From positions 1-59,055 of the forward strand of contig CAZWQS010000001.1 in assembly GCA_964635925.1 (NCBI GenBank): a stretch of 59,055 bases of DNA, read 5' to 3'. The notes below the pieces were generated by a model that saw only the letters and a list, made by a program, of their open reading frames with translations, was not told where the DNA came from and did no database searches. Source of the stretch: an uncultured Terricaulis sp. Lineage in GTDB: Bacteria; Pseudomonadota; Alphaproteobacteria; Caulobacterales; Aquidulcibacteraceae. Positions 50,279 through 59,055 of this stretch are shown piece after piece. Numbering within the stretch: the stretch's first letter is position 1; every line of letters starts with the position of its first letter. Both the position numbers and the translations under genes were made by a program.

Positions 50279-51553
50279 TCAGGCGTCCGCGCCTTTGTAT
50301 TTCAGCGTGTCGTTTGGGTTGATGAAAAGCCAGGTGATTCCGCCCACCAGGGCGGCGGCGGCGGCGAACATGAACGATCCCGTCCAGCCGAAGCTTTCTG
50401 CCAGAATGGGCGTAACAGCGGCGACGGTGAAGCCGCCGATCTGATTGCCCATGTTCATCACGCCCGACACGGAGCCGGCGGATTCCTTGCCGATGTCGGC
50501 GCTAAGCGTCCAGAACGCGCTCTGCGAGAGATAGAGACTGCCTGAGCCCAGCGCGAGCACGGCGGCGGCCAGGCGCGCATCTTCCACCTGCATGGCCAAC
50601 GCCACGAAAACCGCTGTTAATAGCATGCCGATTACGGCGGGGCCGCAGCGGCCGATGCGGCCTCCGAAGCGCTGTGTCAGGCGATCGGAAATCCAGCCGG
50701 ACGCCGGCGATGCAATCGCCATCGCCGCGAACGGCAGAATTGCGTACATGCCGCTGGCCTTCAGATCGAGGCCACGCACGCTGGCCAGATAAACGAAGAA
50801 CCAAGTGAAAAAGATGTAGGCCACATAGCCGAAGCAGAAATAGGCGAGCGTCAGAAGCGCCACGTTGCGGTTCAGGATGACCGCGCTCCACGGCGCGACC
50901 TTCCGCTTCACTTCCGGTGCGGCGGGGAGCCCGGCCTTGATGTGCGCGAGTTCGCCCTGGGTGACGAGGGGATGCTTGCCGGGCTCATTGCGCGCCAGGA
51001 AAAGCCAAATCGCCAGCACAACCACGCCGATGGCGGCGCTGACATAGAAGGCGACCTGCCAGCTATGGGAGAGCATAATCGTGGTGATAAGCGGGGGCGC
51101 GATGCCAGCGCCTACGCCCACGCCGGCAAAAATCAGGCCGTTGGCGAAGCCGCGCTCCTTGGAAGGAATCCAACTCGCGACCAGACGATTGCTGGCGGGG
51201 AAAATCACGGCCTCGCCGATGCCAAGAATGAAACGTACGGACAACAGCGTAACAAAAGCTTGTGGCAGCGTCGGGGGCACCATGGCTGTCGCCACGGTCA
51301 ATACGCTCCACCAGATAAGCCCCACCGCGATGGTTATATATGGGCCAAACCGATCGGCGAGGCGTCCCGCGATAGGTTGAGTGACCGCGTAGCCAAGCAC
51401 AAAGGCGCTGAAGAGAAGACCCAGCTCGCGATCGCTTAAGGCGAACGCCTCCTTGATGATGGGGGCGGCGATCGAGATGTTGTTGCGGTCCAGGTAGGAG
51501 ACCGCGGCGACAACAAACGCCATGATCACCATCGCCCAGCGGATGTGGCTCAT
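50279..51553 (-). CDS. MFS transporter, anion:cation symporter type (GudP/ExuT/DgoT-like sugar-acid transporter)
   Basis: SYLDRNNISIA, GRLADRFG, GIGEAVIFP, WIPSKERG, FFTWFFVYL, GVMNMGNQ; start MSHIRW. Confidence 0.88.
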   Translation of the reverse strand: MSHIRWAMVIMAFVVAAVSYLDRNNISIAAPIIKEAFALSDRELGLLFSAFVLGYAVTQPIAGRLADRFGPYITIAVGLIWWSVLTVATAMVPPTLPQAFVTLLSVRFILGIGEAVIFPASNRLVASWIPSKERGFANGLIFAGVGVGAGIAPPLITTIMLSHSWQVAFYVSAAIGVVVLAIWLFLARNEPGKHPLVTQGELAHIKAGLPAAPEVKRKVAPWSAVILNRNVALLTLAYFCFGYVAYIFFTWFFVYLASVRGLDLKASGMYAILPFAAMAIASPASGWISDRLTQRFGGRIGRCGPAVIGMLLTAVFVALAMQVEDARLAAAVLALGSGSLYLSQSAFWTLSADIGKESAGSVSGVMNMGNQIGGFTVAAVTPILAESFGWTGSFMFAAAAALVGGITWLFINPNDTLKYKGADA

Positions 51554-51661
51554 CCGCACGCCCTCGCTTGTTGCGCTCGTCACGATCTGCACTCCTCCCA
51601 AGCGCTCTCGCCGGCGCGGCCTTGCTGGCCGCGTCTCACGCCGAAGCGCCTGTGGAGATGG

Positions 51662-51671
51662 TTGCATACAA
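51662..51671. promoter_or_regulatory. TTGCATACAA box 2
   Basis: One mismatch to the palindrome; upstream of the MFS gene. Confidence 0.55.
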
Positions 51672-51774
51672 GATAGCCGCTCGCAAGCTGCGCCAGGCAA
51701 GAGCCGGGTTTTGCGTAAAAAAGCCGGCTCTTTCCCGCGCTTGCGCGCAATGCGACGGAAACGAACGACAAATA

Positions 51775-51786
51775 CTTGTATACAAG
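51775..51786. promoter_or_regulatory. CTTGTATACAAG box 3
   Basis: Perfect 12-bp palindrome upstream of the first HpcH-like gene. Confidence 0.72.
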
Positions 51787-51911
51787 AAATCTCGGGTGTA
51801 GAGACGATGTGTGGAGGGTGGAGAGCGCTCGGCGGCCCGCCTTTAAGCGCTCTCCCGCGCCACGGACCTGCGTGCGCAGACACGCCGGCCGCAATGACAA
51901 AGGGGAGCGAA

Positions 51912-52952
51912 ATGCTACGGAGCTTAATGATGTCGGCGGCGTCGGCGCTTGCGCTTGGCGTTGCCGCGTGCGCGGCCGGCACGACCGCCGCAACTGATGT
52001 AACGACAACCGCCGCAGCCGTCGAGCCGCTTGCTTCGGCGTGGACGCCGCGCGCCGAACCGCCGCCGCCCGCGGAAGGCCGGCGCATCAACCGCGCCATC
52101 GAGATGCTCGCGCAGGGACAGCCTGTCTATTACAGCCAGATTTCCGGCGGCGGCTATCACGATGGCTTGCGCATGGCCGCCACCAACGCCGACTACATCA
52201 CCTATGAGATGGAGCACGGCACGTTCTCGATCACCGAGTTGCGCGCCTTCATGCGCGGCCTGGTTGACGCCGGCGTGACGCGCACTGGCCACCGCACGCC
52301 GCCCGTTATCGTGACGCTGCCCGTTCTGGGCGACGATCCCGAGGCGATGCGCGCCAACGCCTGGGTCGTGCAGCAAGTGCTCGCCTCTGGCGTGCACGGC
52401 ATTCTGCTGTGCCAAGCCGAATCCGTGGAGGCAGTGCGGATTTTCGTCGAAGCGGCGCGGTATCCGTTCGCCCCTGGCGCGCGCTATGAATCGAGCCATC
52501 GCGGCGCCGGCAGCCAGTCCTTCGCCTCGCGTATTTGGGGCGTGGAGCCGAACGAATATCTGCGCGTGGCCGATGTATGGCCGCTTAACCCCGATGGTGA
52601 GGTTCTGCTGGGCGTGAAGCTCGAAAACCCGAAAGCGGTGGCCAACGCCGAGGAAATTACCCGCATTCCGGGCATTGCCTTCGCCGAATGGGGGCCGGGC
52701 GACCAGAGCATGTATCTGCTTGGCCGCCCGACCGGCGGGCAAGGCAGCGATCGCGCAAGCGAGCCCTCGATGGTGGCGGCGCGCGCGCGTGTGCTGGCCG
52801 CCACGCGCGCAGCGGGCATTTTCTTCCTCAATTCCTGCAACGAGCGCACCGTTATTCAACAGCTCACTGAAGGCACGATGATTTGCACCGGCGGTGACAG
52901 CCCCGGCGCGGAGATCGGTCGCCGACACACAAATCGGAGGCAGCCTTGGTGA
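51912..52952 (+). CDS. HpcH/HpaI aldolase-citrate lyase-fold protein with a lipoprotein-like signal
   Basis: AAGGGGAG RBS; MLRSLMMSAASALALGVAAC leader; YEMEHG, HRGAG, KLEN, EWGPGD. Confidence 0.82.
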   Translation: MLRSLMMSAASALALGVAACAAGTTAATDVTTTAAAVEPLASAWTPRAEPPPPAEGRRINRAIEMLAQGQPVYYSQISGGGYHDGLRMAATNADYITYEMEHGTFSITELRAFMRGLVDAGVTRTGHRTPPVIVTLPVLGDDPEAMRANAWVVQQVLASGVHGILLCQAESVEAVRIFVEAARYPFAPGARYESSHRGAGSQSFASRIWGVEPNEYLRVADVWPLNPDGEVLLGVKLENPKAVANAEEITRIPGIAFAEWGPGDQSMYLLGRPTGGQGSDRASEPSMVAARARVLAATRAAGIFFLNSCNERTVIQQLTEGTMICTGGDSPGAEIGRRHTNRRQPW

Positions 52953-52988
52953 GGTCTTCGACGCTTTTACTCTGATCCCAGCGATCTG

Positions 52989-53023
52989 GGCCGGCGGACC
53001 ATGTGTCCGTCGGCCTTCTTTTT
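52989..53023 (+). terminator. Intrinsic terminator between the tandem aldolase paralogs
   Basis: GGCCGGCGGAC-catgt-GTCCGTCGGCC-TTCTTTTT. Confidence 0.75.
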
Positions 53024-53062
53024 GAATGCCGATTGCAGAAGATAAAACAAAGGGAGAAACAC

Positions 53063-54160
53063 ATGATCAGAAAAATGCTGAAGCCCGCCACGCTGGCGCT
53101 GATCGCTGGGGCGTCGCTCTGGGCGGGGGCGGCCCTGCTCGAGCCGCAACCGGCTGAAGCGCAGACCGCGCCGCCGGCCGTTACGGAGCCTGTGCCGTCA
53201 ACGTGGACGCCGCGCGCCGAACCGCCCGCGCCGGCGCCGGGGCGGCGCATCAATCGCGCGATCGAGGTGCTGGCGTCCGGCCAGCCCGTCTATTACTCGC
53301 AGGTCTCGGGCGGCGGTTATCAGGATGGCCTGCGCCTGGCCGCAACCCGCGCGGACTACATCACATATGACATGGAGCACGGCGCGTTCTCGATCGATGA
53401 GCTGCGCGCGTTCATGCGCGGCTTGGTCGATGCGGGCGTCACGCGCACCGGCCACCGCACGCCGGCGGTGATCGTCACGCTGCCGGTTCTTGGCGATAAT
53501 CCCGAATCCATGCGCGCGAATGCTTGGGTGGCCCAGCAAGTGATGGCGTCCGGCGTGCATGGCATTCTGCTGTGCCAAGCGGAATCGCCGGAAGCGGTGC
53601 GCATTTTCATCGAAGCGATGCGCTACCCGTTCGCGCCCGGCGCTGATCCCGCAGCGACCCACCGGGGCTCCGGCAGTCAGAATTTCGCGGCGCGGGTTTG
53701 GGGCGTGACGCCCAATGAATATTTCCGCACCGCTGATATCTGGCCGCTCAATCCGGAAGGCGAGGTGATGATCGGGCTCAAGATCGAGAACCCGAAAGCC
53801 GTCGCGCATGCTGAGGAATTGGTGCGCATTCCAGGCGTGACGTTCGTGGAGTGGGGGCCGGGCGACCAATCATTCTATCTGCTTGGGCGCCCGACCGACC
53901 AGACGCCCGTGCGTACAGTGCGTGATGCAACGGGCTCACCGCGGTACGTGGCTGGCAGCAATGAACATGTGCCGGTTATGGCGCAGACGCGGGCGCGCGT
54001 GCTCGCGGCGGCGCGGGCGGCGAATGTGTTTTTCCTCAACGCATGCCCGGAAGACGACGTGATCAATCAACTCCAGCAAGGTGTGATGATCTGCACGGGC
54101 GGCGATACGCCGGCCGCTGATCTCGGCCGCCGTCATACGAACCGCACCACGCCTTGGTGA
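53063..54160 (+). CDS. Second HpcH/HpaI aldolase-fold protein with a Sec signal peptide
   Basis: AGGGAG RBS; MIRKMLKPATLALIAGASLWAGAALL...AEAQ leader; YDMEHG, KIEN, EWGPGD; long stretches identical to the upstream paralog. Confidence 0.82.
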   Translation: MIRKMLKPATLALIAGASLWAGAALLEPQPAEAQTAPPAVTEPVPSTWTPRAEPPAPAPGRRINRAIEVLASGQPVYYSQVSGGGYQDGLRLAATRADYITYDMEHGAFSIDELRAFMRGLVDAGVTRTGHRTPAVIVTLPVLGDNPESMRANAWVAQQVMASGVHGILLCQAESPEAVRIFIEAMRYPFAPGADPAATHRGSGSQNFAARVWGVTPNEYFRTADIWPLNPEGEVMIGLKIENPKAVAHAEELVRIPGVTFVEWGPGDQSFYLLGRPTDQTPVRTVRDATGSPRYVAGSNEHVPVMAQTRARVLAAARAANVFFLNACPEDDVINQLQQGVMICTGGDTPAADLGRRHTNRTTPW

Positions 54161-54187
54161 CGACGGGCCTGGCTCGTTCCTAGCAAC

Positions 54188-54228
54188 AAAAAAAGGCCGG
54201 CGGGAGCGATCCCGCCGGCCCCTCTTTT
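54188..54228. terminator. Bidirectional intrinsic terminator
   Basis: A-tract, GGCCGGCGGGA-gcga-TCCCGCCGGCC, then a T-tract, between convergent genes. Confidence 0.82.
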
Positions 54229-54243
54229 GTGTTCGCGCCTGCG

Positions 54244-55419
54244 TTAGCGATCGGCCGATGTGGTGATCGCGCCCGGGCGAGCGTTGAAATTCATCGTTGC
54301 CCGGGGATCCGCGGTCAACGTGCGGCCGTTGAAACGATAGATTTCGATCTGCCGATCCATCGCGCATTGCAGCACTATTTGCGTGTTGTTGCGATTGAAC
54401 ACCGCGCCTTGGCACCACTTGCCAGTGCGCGCTTCAGCGACGCGCGTGAGCTCGGCGCCGTTCACACTGTAGATCTGCAGCAGGCTATGGTCGTTATAAT
54501 TCGGCGCGCCAGGTTGCGCCGTCGAGCCATTGAGCACGACGACGGCGATGTAACGCCCGTCCGGCGAAAGCGCGACGTGCTCGGATGTCATGCCGACATC
54601 AATCTGGGTTACGACCTCATAGGTGGAAAGGTCAGTGACGGAGACGGTGCTGATGCGGCCGCCGCCTGATGCTGCGCTCTCCCCCGGGGCCGGCGCACGG
54701 CCGCCCAAATTCGTATTGAACGCATAGCGCCCGTCGCGGCTCACGACCACGCCGTAGGGCTGCAAGCCGGGCGCGTAGCTCGCGTTCGAGCGGGTCACGG
54801 TCGAGCCGTTCACGTCCAGGCGCACGATACGATTGCCCGCTTGCTGAACGGCAAGAGCAAATGAACCATCTGGCGCGAACGCAACATCAGTAGGGCGGCT
54901 CTGATAATCGAGGCGCACGCGGCCAGCGGGCGTGAGCTGGTTGTTTGCAATGGTGAAGATGGAGATTGAGTCATCGCCCGTATTGGCCACCAGCGCCAGC
55001 GTGCGCGCGCGATTGATCGCAACGCCCGTGGCGCCCGATCCGCCCTGGATTGTTTGCACCACGCGCGGTGCGGCGGGATTCCTGAGATCCAGCAGCGAGA
55101 CCTGATCGTTCTTCACCAAAACACCGTTCTCGATCGCTTGCGCGGAGGCGACAATCGCGAAGCTTTCGTCAGACGCGACCGCCACGCTGGTCGGCGGGCC
55201 GATCATGCTGGTGGGTGCGGCGACATTGCCGACAACGCGCGGCGTGCGCCCGCTGATGTCGATGACCGAGACGTAATCTTCCGTGCGCGTGGAGGGGGCT
55301 TCGCCGGGGCGTGTTTGCTTTCCATCATTGACCGACACCGCGATCTGCTGCGCGGCGGCGCAGGCCGGGGCGAGCATCGCCAGCGCCAAGGCGGCCGCTA
55401 GGTAGTTTGCCTTCTTCAT
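54244..55419 (-). CDS. Secreted YncE/lactonase-like beta-propeller protein
   Basis: Signal peptide MKKANYLAAALALAMLAPACAAAQ; blade repeats PTSVAVASD, GVAINR, PTDVAFAPDG, PYGVVVSRDG, HVALSPDG. Confidence 0.8.
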   Translation of the reverse strand: MKKANYLAAALALAMLAPACAAAQQIAVSVNDGKQTRPGEAPSTRTEDYVSVIDISGRTPRVVGNVAAPTSMIGPPTSVAVASDESFAIVASAQAIENGVLVKNDQVSLLDLRNPAAPRVVQTIQGGSGATGVAINRARTLALVANTGDDSISIFTIANNQLTPAGRVRLDYQSRPTDVAFAPDGSFALAVQQAGNRIVRLDVNGSTVTRSNASYAPGLQPYGVVVSRDGRYAFNTNLGGRAPAPGESAASGGGRISTVSVTDLSTYEVVTQIDVGMTSEHVALSPDGRYIAVVVLNGSTAQPGAPNYNDHSLLQIYSVNGAELTRVAEARTGKWCQGAVFNRNNTQIVLQCAMDRQIEIYRFNGRTLTADPRATMNFNARPGAITTSADR

Positions 55420-55443
55420 GAGTTTCCTCTGCATGCCTTGATG

Positions 55444-55483
55444 AAAGAAAAATGGCGGCGAGGAAGTCAACCTCGCCGCCGTT
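55444..55483 (-). terminator. Intrinsic terminator after the TonB receptor
   Basis: Minus strand: GGCGGCGAGG-N7-CCTCGCCGCC followed by ATTTTTCTTT. Confidence 0.7.
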
Positions 55484-55515
55484 GGAGTTTTAGAGACTTG
55501 CTTTCTTTCGGGGGG

Positions 55516-58443
55516 TTAGAAGCGGGCGCGGAAGCCCACTGATACGATGCGACCGAGCGCGTTGGAGGTGAAGCCGTTGAAGCCCCAGCCGCCCACACCG
55601 CCGGAGCCGGTGGTATTGCCGTTGTAGAAGGGCGGCTCATCATCCAGGAGGTTTTTCACGTCCAGATAAATCTCGTTGCCTTCCAGCGCGCCCTGGAATT
55701 CCCAACGCGCGTTGAAGTCGAAGATCAGGTCGGAGTCGACCGGATCGCCGCCGCCGGTGGGGTTGCCCGACGCATCCGAGGTGATCGGAATGACCGATGT
55801 GTTGATCCAGTTATTGTATTCGCCGGTGTAGTTGGCGAACAGCGTCGCAGCGAACGGCCCATTCTCGTAGCCGAAGCTGAAGCGCGCCTTGGTTTGCACC
55901 GACGGGAATTGTGAATTGTAGCCCGAGGTGTTGAGGATCGAGAAGTAGGGGTCGTTTGCGCTGACCGCCTGGTCGAACTTCGTGAAATAAGTCAGCGAGG
56001 CGCCGAGGATGAAGTCGCCGATCGAGCCGGCGCTGATCGTCCAATCGAACATCGCATCCCAACCCGCCACGTCGAGATAGAGCACGTTGCCCACGTCGCG
56101 GTTGATCATGAAGTAGACGGTGGGGGGGAGCGTGCCGCCCACAGTGGCGCCGTTATCGACGTTGGTGAACACGCGCACCTGATCGGCTGTGCAGCCGGTG
56201 GGGCAGATCGTCAGACGATCATGCAGACCAGCCGAATTGATGATCAGCGGCTGCGCCGGGGAGTTCACGCCGCCGTCATAGGTGTTGGTCCAGTACGTCA
56301 CGTTGGCGCGGAAGCCGCCGAACTGAGCGTCCGCGCCGATCGACCAGGAGCCGCCGATTTGCGGCTCAACGCCGGCAAAGCCCGCGCCCAGCGAACGGTC
56401 GAGGCCCGGATTGAGCGTGCCGCCGATGCGGCAGACCGGGCCAGTGACCGTCTCGCAGCCGGGCACATCGCGCACTTCGGGATAGAGCGCAAAGGGCACA
56501 TCGATTTGCGTGGAGGTGTTGGTGCCGGTGGCGCCGCGCAGATAACCCTGGTTGGGATCGCCAATCTGGTTGAGCGGCGGGGCGACGAAGGATTCCGCCC
56601 AGTTGCCGCGGATGCTCAGCCAATCGGTGAGGCGCCATGTGGCGGCGATCTTCGGATTCGTGGTCGAGCCCCAATCGCTATAATCGTCGAAGCGGCCGGA
56701 GAGGCTGACGTCGAACGATTGCACAAGCGGGATGTTCATGTCGTCCGAGATGATCGGAATGAACAACTCCATGTAAGCCGACGTCACATCGCGCGGGCCG
56801 AGATTCATCGTGAAATTGCGGTAGCCCGAGCCGGTGCCGTTCGGCGTGACCGCGTAGATGTCCTGCGTGATGTTCATCAGCTCGGCGCCGACGGCGAGGC
56901 GCAGTTCGCCGGCCGGGAGCGAGAACACCGGACCTTGCACATCGAGCTTGACCTGCCAGTTGTTGTTTTGGTGTTCGTTCAACGTGCGGCCGCTGTAGAT
57001 GTAATCCCACACGGCTTCCGACGTGCTGTTCGCGCCGGCGGCGTTCCACACATCGAGCGCATTCGCGCTCGTCAGCGTTTGCGTAACGATCACGGACTCA
57101 CCGGGCACGGCGCTGCCGGTCAGGCTGCCGTTTGTGTTGGGCGTGCCGTTGATGGACAGCACCGCGCACGCGGAGCAAAACACGTTTTCACCGCGCGATG
57201 TGCTGGTCGAGCGCGCGAGGGCGGCGCTGAACGTGGCCGTCCATTGCTCAGTGAGCTCGTATTCTAGAACGCCCGTCAGATAAGTCGTGTGGTTCGTGTA
57301 GTCGTTGCTGCCGAAATAGCCGTCGGGGTTCAACGCAACCCAGGACAATGTCTGTTGCGTCGCGCCAGGTTCGCCGGCGGGGGCGGTGTAGAACGGGTTG
57401 ATCTGCCCGCCGCGGCCCGAGCCCGCGCCGAACGCCGCCACGTTGTTCAACATGCCGGGCGCGGCGGTCACAAAGTGCTGCAGGTAATTGTAGACGATCT
57501 TGCCCGTGAAATTCAGGCGCGAGGTGATGTCTTGTGTGTAGACCGCCATCAGGCCCTGACGTTCAACACCTGGAATCGCCGAGCCGTAGATCAGGTTGTT
57601 GCAAACGGCGTTGTCAGCCGTGCCGGGCACCGTGGTCGTGGCGTCGGGCGAGGTGTAGACATTCGTGCCGGACGCCGCCGTCCGGATCGTCGCGGGCGAG
57701 CAGTTGAAGGTCTGCCTGTTTGTGCCGCCAACAGGGCGGTAATCGCCCATGCTCAGGAACGGGCGAATGTCGTTCATGAGTTCGTCTTGGCGCAGGAATT
57801 GGCCGGCGACGTAGAAGCCGCCGTCGTCCCAGGTATTGCCCCAGATCGCCGTGAAATCCTGGCTTTCGTAGCCGTCGGCGAAACCAAAGCGGCCGTTGAG
57901 TTGGGCGCCGTCATAGGTTTTGCGGGTGATGAAGTTCACAACGCCGGCGACGGCGTCCGAACCGTACACGGAAGAGGCGCCGTCAGCGAGAACTTCCACG
58001 CGCTGCAGGGCGGTGGTGGGAATGATGTTGGGATCGGATTGCGCGTATTGCGTGCCGCCGCCTGGCGTGCGCAGGCCGTCGATCAACGTCAGCGTGCTGT
58101 TGCTGCCTGAGCCGGCGAGCTGGTGAATCGATGGCGCGTAGTACGAATAGGAGCTTTGCGCTTGCGGCGTGGAGCCGGCGGTCGTGATCGCGGGCACCGT
58201 GTTCACGAGCTCTGTGGCCGTGTTGGCGGCCATATTCTCCAGCGCCTCGGTGCCGACCGAAACCAAGTTCGAACCAACCGGCGCGACGCCGCGGATGCTT
58301 GAACCTGTTACGACGATCTCGTTGCTGTCGACAACGTCGTCATCAGGCGCCGTCTGTGCGGACGCCGAGAAAGCAAAGCACAGCGCCAACACCGAAGCCG
58401 ATGCGCCAAGCGTGAGCTTGCCGATTGATTTGCTGCTACCCAT
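55516..58443 (-). CDS. Large TonB-dependent receptor (975 aa)
   Basis: Signal peptide, EIVVTGSSIRG, RVEVLADGASSVYGSDAVAGVVN, C-terminal RARF. Confidence 0.93.
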   Translation of the reverse strand: MGSSKSIGKLTLGASASVLALCFAFSASAQTAPDDDVVDSNEIVVTGSSIRGVAPVGSNLVSVGTEALENMAANTATELVNTVPAITTAGSTPQAQSSYSYYAPSIHQLAGSGSNSTLTLIDGLRTPGGGTQYAQSDPNIIPTTALQRVEVLADGASSVYGSDAVAGVVNFITRKTYDGAQLNGRFGFADGYESQDFTAIWGNTWDDGGFYVAGQFLRQDELMNDIRPFLSMGDYRPVGGTNRQTFNCSPATIRTAASGTNVYTSPDATTTVPGTADNAVCNNLIYGSAIPGVERQGLMAVYTQDITSRLNFTGKIVYNYLQHFVTAAPGMLNNVAAFGAGSGRGGQINPFYTAPAGEPGATQQTLSWVALNPDGYFGSNDYTNHTTYLTGVLEYELTEQWTATFSAALARSTSTSRGENVFCSACAVLSINGTPNTNGSLTGSAVPGESVIVTQTLTSANALDVWNAAGANSTSEAVWDYIYSGRTLNEHQNNNWQVKLDVQGPVFSLPAGELRLAVGAELMNITQDIYAVTPNGTGSGYRNFTMNLGPRDVTSAYMELFIPIISDDMNIPLVQSFDVSLSGRFDDYSDWGSTTNPKIAATWRLTDWLSIRGNWAESFVAPPLNQIGDPNQGYLRGATGTNTSTQIDVPFALYPEVRDVPGCETVTGPVCRIGGTLNPGLDRSLGAGFAGVEPQIGGSWSIGADAQFGGFRANVTYWTNTYDGGVNSPAQPLIINSAGLHDRLTICPTGCTADQVRVFTNVDNGATVGGTLPPTVYFMINRDVGNVLYLDVAGWDAMFDWTISAGSIGDFILGASLTYFTKFDQAVSANDPYFSILNTSGYNSQFPSVQTKARFSFGYENGPFAATLFANYTGEYNNWINTSVIPITSDASGNPTGGGDPVDSDLIFDFNARWEFQGALEGNEIYLDVKNLLDDEPPFYNGNTTGSGGVGGWGFNGFTSNALGRIVSVGFRARF

Positions 58444-58595
58444 CCGCGGGGCCTCCCCTCATCGTGTTCTTGGTCTCCCCCTTTGGAGGGAGTTTGTTGG
58501 ACGCCCCGTTTCAGGGGCGCGATAGCGGCGGCAATTCGCGTTGCGCCGAAATCTGTATGGAGCGTGCGTCTCAACGTCACGTGCTGTCAAGCATA

Positions 58596-58605
58596 TTGTA
58601 TACAA
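58596..58605. promoter_or_regulatory. TTGTATACAA box 4
   Basis: Perfect palindrome between the divergent TonB receptor and xylX-like genes. Confidence 0.72.
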
Positions 58606-58744
58606 GACTGCAAAATGCCGGGGATCATGGCTGCATTTCCTCGGAAAAGCCCCCAAATGACGGGTTCATTACGCAGGTGCAGCACAAAATAGCGTTGATA
58701 CCTGCAAAACTGCATGCAAAAAATTGAGGCACGGCCCGTCAACG

Positions 58745-58764
58745 CTGACAAATTCTCCTGTCAG
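58745..58764. promoter_or_regulatory. Possible operator CTGACA-N8-TGTCAG upstream of the xylX-like gene
   Basis: 6-bp inverted repeat about 35 bp before the ATG; single copy only. Confidence 0.3.
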
Positions 58765-58798
58765 GCGAAAGTTCCGTTGGGCGTTCTGGAGCGATCAC

Positions 58799-59055
58799 AT
58801 GGGCGAGACAGAAGCGGTTCTAGCGTGGTTGCCCGCCGATTGGCGCACGGCGACGTTGGCTGGCCGGATTCAGACGGCTGAAGGGCCAACGCCCGTGGTC
58901 TCTCGGGCCGGCGAATTGCACGACATGACGCATGTGGCGCCGACCATGTCGGAGCTTTTGGCGCGCGACGCCTGGCGAGAGGGCGGCGCTTCGCTGGGGG
59001 CGCTTGATGCGTTTGATTTTAAAGCGCAGCCGCTTCTGGCGCCGATCGATCTTCA
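58799..59055 (+). CDS. xylX: Fumarylacetoacetate-hydrolase-family protein, XylX (2-keto-3-deoxy-pentonate dehydratase)-like; 5' part only
   Basis: Not in the ORF track. My translation MGETEAVLAWLPADWRTATLAGRIQTAEGPTPVV...VAPTMSELL...LLAPIDL matches my recollection of the Caulobacter XylX N-terminus; GGAG RBS. Confidence 0.75.
   Translation, partial: MGETEAVLAWLPADWRTATLAGRIQTAEGPTPVVSRAGELHDMTHVAPTMSELLARDAWREGGASLGALDAFDFKAQPLLAPIDL

Noticed and set aside
51522-52099. Apparent long head-to-head overlap of the MFS ORF (to 52099) and the aldolase ORF (from 51522)
   Set aside because: Artefact of longest-ORF starts; RBS and domain boundaries support starts at 51553 and 51912, with an intergenic region holding two operator boxes

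Overview
GC-rich, gene-dense bacterial DNA, probably an alphaproteobacterium of the Caulobacterales/Hyphomonadaceae type (inferred from three TonB-dependent receptors and a Caulobacter-like xylX). No rRNA, tRNA, CRISPR array or mobile element was seen. The window has three blocks. (1) About 0.6-44.9 kb: a catabolic island of about 35 genes in divergent operons. It encodes four class-A flavin monooxygenases, two acyl-CoA-dehydrogenase-fold monooxygenases plus a flavin reductase, a Rieske oxygenase, a ferredoxin, a Tat amine oxidase, three aldehyde dehydrogenases, a cyclic amidohydrolase, two isochorismatase-family amidases, a nitrilase-fold protein, two maleate-isomerase-like proteins, an aconitase with an ICL-family lyase, and a LeuCD-like hydratase with a CoA-transferase and an HMG-CoA-lyase-family enzyme, plus Opp-type ABC, MFS and TonB transporters. 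All eight divergent promoter regions carry a version of one motif (TGTCAT-N6-ATGACA) and the island has a single GntR/UTRA regulator, so it looks like one regulon for breakdown of an unidentified, probably N-heterocyclic, compound. (2) About 44.9-48.9 kb: a TetR / TonB receptor / alpha-beta hydrolase module with its own palindrome. (3) About 49-59 kb: a likely sugar-acid module marked by four TTGYATACAA boxes, in which an RraA/HMG-aldolase-like protein and two HpcH-like aldolases (normally cytoplasmic families) all carry signal peptides, next to a secreted beta-propeller, an ACS-type MFS transporter, a TonB receptor and the start of xylX. All product calls come from motif recognition by eye; no database search was run.
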